The position numbers and the translations under genes were made by a program. DNA of 64,000 bases from Usitatibacteraceae bacterium. GTDB taxonomy: Bacteria > Pseudomonadota > Gammaproteobacteria > Burkholderiales > Usitatibacteraceae. A model generated the notes under the pieces. That model made no database searches, was not told the origin of the DNA, and saw only the letters and a list, made by a program, of their open reading frames with translations. Location of the stretch: positions 8,867 through 72,866 of the forward strand of contig JBGAQP010000018.1 of NCBI GenBank assembly GCA_044220635.1. Reading direction: 5' to 3'. Shown one piece after another: positions 58,073-64,000 of this stretch (positions within the stretch are counted from its first letter, which is position 1; each line of letters opens with the position of its first letter).

Positions 58073-59040
58073 CCAAGCCCACCCCCGAGTTCGAGCTCAT
58101 CGCGCGCCACTTCGCCCGCCCCGCCGCCAACGCCGTCCTCGGCGTGGGCGACGATTGCGCCCTCGTCGACGTCTCCAACGGCATGGACCTCGCGGTCTCG
58201 ACCGACACGATGGTCTCGGGAACGCATTTCTTCCCGGACGTCGATCCCGAGTCGCTCGGCCACAAGGCGCTCGCCGTGAACCTCTCGGACATGGCCGCCA
58301 TGGGCGCGATGCCCTACTGGGCGATGCTCGCGCTCACCATCCCCGAGGTGAACCACGACTGGCTGGGGAAGTTCGCCAAGGGCTTCTTCGACCTCGCGGA
58401 GGAGTACGAGGTCTCGCTCATCGGCGGCGACACCACGCGCGGGCCGCTCGCGCTCACGGTGACGATCATGGGCGAGGTGCCCGCGGGCGCGGCGCTGCGG
58501 CGCAGCGGGGCGAAGGCGGGCAACGACGTGTGGGTGTCGGGCCGGATCGGGGACGCGGCGCTCGCGGTCGCGCACCGCCACGGCTGGCTCGAGCTCGACC
58601 CGGCCGACCGGGACGAGGCGCTGATGCGCCTCTACGAGCCCACGCCGCGCGTGAACCTCGGCCAGGCGTTGCGCGGGCTCGCGACGAGCGCGGTCGACAT
58701 CTCCGACGGCCTGCTCGCGGACCTCGGCCACATCTGCCAGCTCTCGGGGGTGGGCGCCACGGTCGAGCTCGCCGCGGTGCCCCTGTCGCCGATCGGCGCG
58801 AAGCACGTGGGCTCGAGGGCGGGGCTCGAGGCGATCGTGGCCGGCGGCGACGACTACGAGCTGTGCTTCACGGCGCCGGTCAACGCCCGCGAGAGCATCG
58901 ACGACCTCACGGACATGCTCGGCATCCCCCTCGCGCGCATCGGCCAGGTGAAGAAGGGCCGGGGCGTGAGCCTTCTCGGCCCCGAGGGCAAGCCCGTCAA
59001 GATCGATGGCCGCGGATTCGACCACTTCTCGCCTTCCTGA
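58069..59040 (+). CDS. thiL: Thiamine-phosphate kinase
   Basis: C-terminal 323 aa of ORF 57637..59040. From ATG 58069 (ATGA overlap) it reads [35 protein letters not shown]. Confidence 0.92.
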   Translation: MTKPTPEFELIARHFARPAANAVLGVGDDCALVDVSNGMDLAVSTDTMVSGTHFFPDVDPESLGHKALAVNLSDMAAMGAMPYWAMLALTIPEVNHDWLGKFAKGFFDLAEEYEVSLIGGDTTRGPLALTVTIMGEVPAGAALRRSGAKAGNDVWVSGRIGDAALAVAHRHGWLELDPADRDEALMRLYEPTPRVNLGQALRGLATSAVDISDGLLADLGHICQLSGVGATVELAAVPLSPIGAKHVGSRAGLEAIVAGGDDYELCFTAPVNARESIDDLTDMLGIPLARIGQVKKGRGVSLLGPEGKPVKIDGRGFDHFSPS

Positions 59041-59527
59041 CGCGCGCTTCCTCGTGGCGCACCCCGCGCATTTCATCGCGCTGGGATTCGGCGCCGGCCT
59101 CGCGCCCCGCGCGCCCGGCACCGCCGGGACCTTCGCGGCCCTCGCCCTCTACTGGGCGCTCGCCGCCGTGATGCCGCCGCTTGCGGTCGCCTTCCTCGCG
59201 ATCCCGCTCTTCTTCCTCGGGGTCTGGGCCTGCGGGATCACCGGGCGCCACCTCGGGACGGCCGACCCGGGCGCGATCGTCTGGGACGAGATCGTCGCCT
59301 TCCTGCCGCTGGCCGCGCTCGCATCCGCGAGCTTCGGGCTGCAACTGCTCGCGCTCGCGCTCTTCCGCCTCTTCGACGTCTGGAAGCCCTTCCCGATCCG
59401 CGAGATGGAGCGCCGCCTGAAGGGCGGGCTCGGCGTCATGGCCGACGACCTCGCCGCGGCCTGCTACGCCTACCTCGCCTTCATCGCCATCGTGGCGCTC
59501 GCCCACCGCGCGGGCGGCCTCGCGTGA
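59006..59527 (+). CDS. pgpA: Phosphatidylglycerophosphatase A
   Basis: ORF 59006..59527. Reads ..FIALGFGAGLAPRAPGTAGTF.., IVWDEIVAF. It overlaps the thiL 3' end by 35 nt. Confidence 0.88.
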   Translation: MAADSTTSRLPDARFLVAHPAHFIALGFGAGLAPRAPGTAGTFAALALYWALAAVMPPLAVAFLAIPLFFLGVWACGITGRHLGTADPGAIVWDEIVAFLPLAALASASFGLQLLALALFRLFDVWKPFPIREMERRLKGGLGVMADDLAAACYAYLAFIAIVALAHRAGGLA

Positions 59528-60276
59528 AGGGCGACTGGCCCTATCCGTCGATCGTCGCCCACCGCGGCGGCGGGCGCCTCGCGCCGGAGAACACGCTCGC
59601 CGCGATCCGCGCCGGCCAGTCCCTGGGCTATCGCATGCACGAGTTCGACGTGAAGCTCTCGCGCGACGGGGTGGCGTTCCTGCTCCACGACACGACGCTC
59701 GAGCGCACGACCGACGGGCACGGCCCGGCGGCGGCGCGGACCTGGGAAGAGCTCGCCCGCCTCGACGCGGGAACATGGCACTCCGAGGCCTTCCGCGGGG
59801 AGCCGCCCCCCCGGTTCGAGGCGGCCGCGCAGCTGCTGATCGCCCGAGGGACGCTCGCCAACATCGAGATCAAGCCGAGCCCCGGGCGCGAGGCCGAGAC
59901 CGGCGATCGCGTGGCGCGGCTCGCCGACGGGCTCTGGGCGCAGGCGAGCGTGCCGCCGCTGCTTTCGTCGTTCTCGTTCGAGGCGCTGATGGCCGCCAAG
60001 GCCGCGGTGCCGCGGCTTCCCCGCGGATTCATCACCTCGAAGCTCGCGCCCGACGATCGCGAGCGGCTCGCCGCCCTCGGGGCGGTGTCCCTGCACACGA
60101 ACCACCGCCGGGTCGCTCGGCACGAGGTCGAGCGGCTGCGCGAGGAGGGCTACCGGGTCCTGCTCTACACCGTCGACGAGCCCGAGCGCGCCGAGGCCCT
60201 GTTCGGGTGGGGCGCGGACGGGATCTTCACGGACAATCTCGAGGTCTTCGCGGGGCGCTTCCCGGACCGGATCTGA
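59524..60276 (+). CDS. ugpQ: Glycerophosphodiester phosphodiesterase
   Basis: ORF 59524..60276, with a GTGA overlap. Reads IVAHRGGGRLAPENTLAA..HEFDVKLSRDGVAFLLHDTTLERTTDG. Confidence 0.88.
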   Translation: MKGDWPYPSIVAHRGGGRLAPENTLAAIRAGQSLGYRMHEFDVKLSRDGVAFLLHDTTLERTTDGHGPAAARTWEELARLDAGTWHSEAFRGEPPPRFEAAAQLLIARGTLANIEIKPSPGREAETGDRVARLADGLWAQASVPPLLSSFSFEALMAAKAAVPRLPRGFITSKLAPDDRERLAALGAVSLHTNHRRVARHEVERLREEGYRVLLYTVDEPERAEALFGWGADGIFTDNLEVFAGRFPDRI

Positions 60277-60380
60277 CGCGGGGAGGGCCGCCGGATTTTC
60301 CAAGGGCGTCAGTCCTTTCCGCGGGCTTCCTCAGGCCCCGTTTCAGGAACGCTTGCCAAGTGCCTGATTCACGGCCTAGT

Positions 60381-61277
60381 ATGGCTTCAGCCGCCCAAGA
60401 ACAAGAAGGTCAGGAGGGGCGGCAACCCGGGACCAGCAAGAACGGATCGGCTTCCGTGACCTGCATCGCCGTCTTCAACCAGAAGGGCGGGGTCGGCAAG
60501 ACCATGACCGCGCTCAACTTGACCGCCGCGCTCGCCCGCGAGGGCTACGAGCCGCTCGCGATCGACCTCGATCCCCAGGCGCACCTGTCGGCGATCACGG
60601 GCGCGACGGCGCCCTCGGCCGAGGCGAGCGTCTACGCCTTCTACAAGGATGCGCGGGGGCTCGCCGACCTCGCGCGCCCCGTCCGCGAGGGCTGGGAGAT
60701 CATTCCGGCCCACATCGAGCTCTCGAAGGTGGACACGCAGTTCGGCAAGGGTCCCAACGTGCTCAACCGCCTTCGGGCGGGGATCGCGCGCGAGAGCCTG
60801 AACGGGATCCGTCCCGTGGTGATCGACTGCTGCCCGCTGCTCGGGGTGCTTTCGCTGTCGGCGATCTTCGCGGCCGACCGCGTCCTCGTCCCGGTCTCCG
60901 CGGACTACCTCGCCGTGAACGGCGCCCTGCAGGTCGAGAAGACGTTGAACGCGCTGCAGCGGGTGCTCGGGCGGCGCGTCGAGCGCCGCTACGTGATCAC
61001 GCGCTTCGACGGCCGGCGCAAGATGTCCTGGGACATCCTCGAGACCTTCAAGGCGCGCTTCGGCGCGGAGCTCTGCGAGGGCCGGATCTCGGAAGCCGTG
61101 GCGATCGCCGAGAGCCCCTACAACGCCCGGGACGTGTTCACCCATGCGCCCAACAGCCGCGGGGCGGCCGACTACCGGGCGCTCTTCGAGGAGCTCGAGC
61201 AGGCGGGCTTCTTCGGGGTGCGCGCCGGCGCGCGCGGGAGCTCGCCCCTCGACCTCCCGGCCTTCGCCGTCGGCTGA
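60381..61277 (+). CDS. Orphan ParA/MinD-family P-loop ATPase
   Basis: C-terminal 298 aa of ORF 59775..61277. It has the deviant Walker A IAVFNQKGGVGKTMTALNL, then ..LAIDLDPQAHLS.., VVIDCCP. The start is ATG 60381 (no SD) or GTG 60456, which would give the usual short N-terminus VTCIAVFNQKGG. Confidence 0.85.
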   Translation: MASAAQEQEGQEGRQPGTSKNGSASVTCIAVFNQKGGVGKTMTALNLTAALAREGYEPLAIDLDPQAHLSAITGATAPSAEASVYAFYKDARGLADLARPVREGWEIIPAHIELSKVDTQFGKGPNVLNRLRAGIARESLNGIRPVVIDCCPLLGVLSLSAIFAADRVLVPVSADYLAVNGALQVEKTLNALQRVLGRRVERRYVITRFDGRRKMSWDILETFKARFGAELCEGRISEAVAIAESPYNARDVFTHAPNSRGAADYRALFEELEQAGFFGVRAGARGSSPLDLPAFAVG

Positions 61278-61283
61278 GGGCCC

Positions 61284-61535
61284 TCAGCCTTCCGCGGGCT
61301 TCTCCGGCTCCGGAGGGGCCGGTTCGGAAGCGATCAGGGAGATCACGCCCTCGAGGTCGGAAGCCTCCGCCGGCACGGGGTCGGCGAGCAGGCGCGACTC
61401 GAGCACGGTGCAATGGTGATAGACCTGCCGCAGCTTGCGCTCCGCCTCGGCGAGGTCCCGGCCCTGGATCACGAGGTTCTCGACGGTCGAGCCGCCGCGG
61501 GTCCGGATCCGGAACCCGTACTTGCGCATGTCCAT
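61284..61535 (-). CDS. 83-aa hypothetical protein (basic N-terminus, HHC motif, acidic Pro-rich tail)
   Basis: In ORF 61284..61637. From ATG 61535 it reads MDMRKYGFRIRTRGGSTVENLVIQGRDLAEAERKLRQVYHHCTVLESRLLADPVPAEASDLEGVISLIASEPAPPEPEKPAEG. Third codon positions are almost all G/C, like bona fide genes here. There is no obvious SD and I recognise no family. Confidence 0.6.
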   Translation of the reverse strand: MDMRKYGFRIRTRGGSTVENLVIQGRDLAEAERKLRQVYHHCTVLESRLLADPVPAEASDLEGVISLIASEPAPPEPEKPAEG

Positions 61536-61629
61536 GATCGAATGGGGCCGGTTCGCCCTGGGGTCTCCTGCCGGCCGCGCCTCCCTGTTGCACAGGTTAA
61601 CCCAAGGCGGGCCCGCGGGAGGAGCTCGC

Positions 61630-61670
61630 GCAATCAATTGCGGATATACTTTCGATTGCCCATGCCAATC
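61630..61670. promoter_or_regulatory. Dyad-symmetric LysR-type candidate binding sites in the oxyR / small-ORF divergent region
   Basis: GCAAT-ca-ATTGC lies at 61630-61641 and GATTG-N7-CAATC at 61654-61670. ATC-N7-GAT occurs at 61633-61645 and again at 61668-61680. A TATACT -10-like hexamer lies at 61645-61650. Confidence 0.35.
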
Positions 61671-61678
61671 GGATCGCG

Positions 61679-62593
61679 ATGACCCTCACCGAGCTGAAGT
61701 ACGTCGTCGCCCTCGCGCAGGAGCGCCATTTCGGCCGCGCGGCGCGCCGGTGCTTCGTCACCCAGCCCACGCTCTCGCTCGCGCTCGCCAAGCTCGAGGA
61801 CGAGCTGGGCCTCAAGCTCTTCGAGCGCAACAAGAGCGAGGTGCTCGTGACGCCGCGGGGCCAGGCGATCGTCGAGCAGGCGCGCCGCGTGCTCGACGAG
61901 GTGGGCAAGATCCCGAGCCTCGCCCGCGGGGCGCGCGACCAGCTCTCCGGGGTGCTGCGCCTGGGCGTAATCCCGACGATCGGCCCCTACCTGCTGCCCG
62001 AGCTCGTCCCGATCCTCCACAAGCGCGCGCCGCAGATGCCGCTCGCCATCGAGGAGAACCTCACGGGCCAGCTCGCGCCGATGCTGCGCGAGGGCGAGCT
62101 CGACGTCGTCGTCGTCGCGCTGCCCTTCGCCATCCCGGGCGTGAAGACCGAGGTCGTCTACGAGGAGCCCTTCAGCGTGGTCGTGCCCGGCTCGCACCCC
62201 TGGTGCTCGCGCAAGTCGGTGAAGCCCGGGGACCTCGGCGGCGAGAACCTGCTCGTGCTCCACAGCGGCCACTGCTTCCGCGACCAGGTGCTCGAGGCCT
62301 GCCCGGGCCAGCCGAACACGGCGCTGCCCGAGGGGCGCGCGGGCAGCTCCCTCGAGACGATCCGCAACATGGTCGCCTCGGGTCTCGGGGTCAGCGTGCT
62401 GCCCGCGAGCGCGCTCTCGCCGCGCTACGCCACGAAGCTGCTGAAGGCGGTGCCCTTCGCCGCGCCCGCGCCCTCGCGCAAGGTGGCGCTCGCCTGGCGC
62501 AGCGGCTTCGACCGTCCCGAGGCGGTCGCGGCGCTCGCCGCGGCGATCCGCTCGGTGAAGCTGCCCGCCCTCAAGATGGCGGCGCCGGCCTGA
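61679..62593 (+). CDS. oxyR: Hydrogen-peroxide-sensing LysR-family regulator OxyR
   Basis: ORF 61679..62593. Reads MTLTELKYVVALAQERHFGRAARRCFVTQPTLS (LysR HTH), with the redox cysteine pair in HSGHCFRDQVLEAC. Confidence 0.9.
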   Translation: MTLTELKYVVALAQERHFGRAARRCFVTQPTLSLALAKLEDELGLKLFERNKSEVLVTPRGQAIVEQARRVLDEVGKIPSLARGARDQLSGVLRLGVIPTIGPYLLPELVPILHKRAPQMPLAIEENLTGQLAPMLREGELDVVVVALPFAIPGVKTEVVYEEPFSVVVPGSHPWCSRKSVKPGDLGGENLLVLHSGHCFRDQVLEACPGQPNTALPEGRAGSSLETIRNMVASGLGVSVLPASALSPRYATKLLKAVPFAAPAPSRKVALAWRSGFDRPEAVAALAAAIRSVKLPALKMAAPA

Positions 62594-63245
62594 GCGCCTC
62601 GCCCCGGTCCCCGGGAGCGAACAGCAGCTCCAGGTAGGTCCGCAGGTGCCGCGCCTGGCGCGCGAGCAGCGTCTTGTCGCCGAGCGTCTTGGTCATGACG
62701 AAGGCGCCCTCGCTCAGCGAGTAGAAGAGGTCCGCGAGGCTTTCCATGTCCACCGCCTGGCGCGGCGGATGGACCGCGGCGACTTCCTCGAGCTTCGCGA
62801 GCATCACGCGCCGCCAGAGGAGGGTGGATTCGCGCAGCACCCCGATCGTGGCCGCGTCGAAGAGCTTGTTCTCGTAGATGTACGAGGCGAAGAGGCAGCC
62901 GGGGAAGGGCTCGTCCATCGCCTCGAACTGCTCCTCGTAGAGCGCGATCAGGATCAGCACCTGCTGCAGGGGGTCCGTGGCGAGCTTCTCGGCGCGCGCG
63001 AGCGTCTCCTCGAGATGCTCGCGGTCGAGGATCGCATAGCGGTCGACGAGGGCGCGGGCGAGATCGCCCTTGCTCGCGAAGTGGTGGAAGAAGGCGCCCT
63101 TCGTGATGCCCGCGCGGCCCGCGACCGCGTCCACGGTCGTCGCGCCGAATCCATGGTCGAGGATCAGGGCTTGGGCGGCGTCGAGGATCCGCTCGCGGGT
63201 CCGGGCCGGGTCCCGGGTCTTGGGTGCATCCAGTGGGGTATCCAT
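62571..63245 (-). CDS. TetR/AcrR-family transcriptional regulator
   Basis: ORF 62571..63245. Reads RTRERILDAAQALILDHGFGATTVDAVAGRAGITKGAFFHHFASKGDL (TetR HTH). Confidence 0.88.
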   Translation of the reverse strand: MDTPLDAPKTRDPARTRERILDAAQALILDHGFGATTVDAVAGRAGITKGAFFHHFASKGDLARALVDRYAILDREHLEETLARAEKLATDPLQQVLILIALYEEQFEAMDEPFPGCLFASYIYENKLFDAATIGVLRESTLLWRRVMLAKLEEVAAVHPPRQAVDMESLADLFYSLSEGAFVMTKTLGDKTLLARQARHLRTYLELLFAPGDRGEALRPAPPS

Positions 63246-63316
63246 AACGTACCGTCAGGTATGTCCTGTCTCCATGAGTTTCAAGACACTATACATCAAC
63301 AGGCATAAAAGACCAC

Positions 63317-63345
63317 TTGCAACATACCAACCGGTCGGTATAGTT
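63317..63345 (+). promoter_or_regulatory. Putative sigma70 promoter with embedded TetR-type operator palindrome, driving the TTC38-like gene
   Basis: TTGCAA (63317-63322), then 16 nt, then TATAGT (63339-63344). The 18-bp near-perfect palindrome ATACCAACCGGTCGGTAT (63324-63341, one mismatch) fills the spacer. It lies in the divergent region next to the TetR gene. Confidence 0.45.
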
Positions 63346-63370
63346 CCGGCCTTTCAGCCGAGGAACCACC

Positions 63371-64000
63371 ATGATCCACGACGCCCGCGGTCTCGCCATC
63401 GACCTTTCCGATCCCCAGGCCCTCGGATCCTACGAGCAGGCCCTCGCGGCCTTCCGCAGCTACCGGGGCGATCCGATCGCCCCCCTCGACGCGGCGCTCG
63501 CCATCGACCCGCGATCCGCGGCGGGGCATGTCGCCAAGGCCTTGATCCTGATGACCTTCTTCGAGCGGCGTTTCGCCGGGGACGCCTTGGCGGTCCTCGA
63601 CGCGGCGAAGGAGGTCCTCGCCAAGGCTCCGGCGCGCGAGCGCGCGCTGGCCGCGGCGGCCCGCCGGCTCGCCGAAGGCGACTGGCACGGCGGCACCGAC
63701 GCCCTCGACCGCGTGCTGGCCGACCATCCGCGGGACCTCCTCGCGCTCCAGGTCGCGCACCTCGTGGACTTCTGCCGCGGCGACGCCCTCAACCTGCGCA
63801 ATCGCGTCTCGCGCGTCCTTCCGCACTGGCCCGCGTCGGTTCCGGGACGATCGTTCGTGCTCGGAATGCACGCCTTCGGGCTCGAGGAATGCAACCAGTA
63901 TCCCGAGGCCGAGGCCGCGGGGCTCGCCGCGCTCGAGGCCGCCCCCGAGGACTGCTGGGCGGTGCACGCCGTGGTCCACGTCCTCGAGATGCAGGGCCGC
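63371..64000 (+). CDS. TPR-like protein resembling the TTC38 family; 3' end outside the window
   Basis: Not in the ORF track (no stop in the window). From ATG 63371 it reads MIHDARGLAIDLSDPQALGSYEQALAAFRSYRGDPIAPLDAALAIDPRSAAGHVAKALILMTFFE... The family call is from memory and is tentative. Confidence 0.65.
   Translation, partial: MIHDARGLAIDLSDPQALGSYEQALAAFRSYRGDPIAPLDAALAIDPRSAAGHVAKALILMTFFERRFAGDALAVLDAAKEVLAKAPARERALAAAARRLAEGDWHGGTDALDRVLADHPRDLLALQVAHLVDFCRGDALNLRNRVSRVLPHWPASVPGRSFVLGMHAFGLEECNQYPEAEAAGLAALEAAPEDCWAVHAVVHVLEMQGR

Overview
Very GC-rich chromosomal segment (by eye about 70% G+C, with codon third positions almost all G or C). Gene content and synteny match a beta-proteobacterial core genome, Burkholderiales/Rhodocyclales-like. 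Conserved blocks are: leuC-ecn-leuD-leuB-asd-fimV-truA-trpFBA-accD-folC-SPOR-purF-metZ; lpxH-ppi-LDT-TPR divergent from cysS; dnaJ-dnaK-grpE; hemH-hrcA divergent from nadK-recN; yjgA divergent from pmbA; glyA-nrdR-ribD-ribE and ribBA-ribH-nusB-thiL-pgpA; oxyR. I call 63 protein-coding genes, two of them cut by the window edges. They are packed very tightly, with many ATGA/GTGA/TTGA start-stop overlaps. I also call several Rho-independent terminators, a near-consensus sigma32 promoter upstream of grpE, and a few operator-like palindromes. I found no rRNA, tRNA, CRISPR array, IS/transposase, integrase, phage or plasmid genes, and no recognisable defence or toxin-antitoxin module. Many long ORFs in the supplied track (for example the 1513-aa and 1908-aa ORFs) are GC-driven shadow frames of real genes. 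Bottom line: this looks like an ordinary housekeeping region, and I did not find a compelling undescribed system. The most hypothesis-worthy items are: (1) an orphan ParA-type ATPase lying tail-to-tail with an 83-aa protein that is also the divergent partner of oxyR; (2) an ArsR-led four-gene envelope/lipid operon ending in a 906-aa DUF2339-like membrane protein; (3) a tightly coupled patatin / 4HBT-thioesterase / exported-cupin operon; (4) a split, convergent TRAP transporter with an enlarged DctM. All start codons were chosen by eye from SD spacing, overlap logic and remembered homolog N-termini. All family names come from motif recognition, not from database searches.
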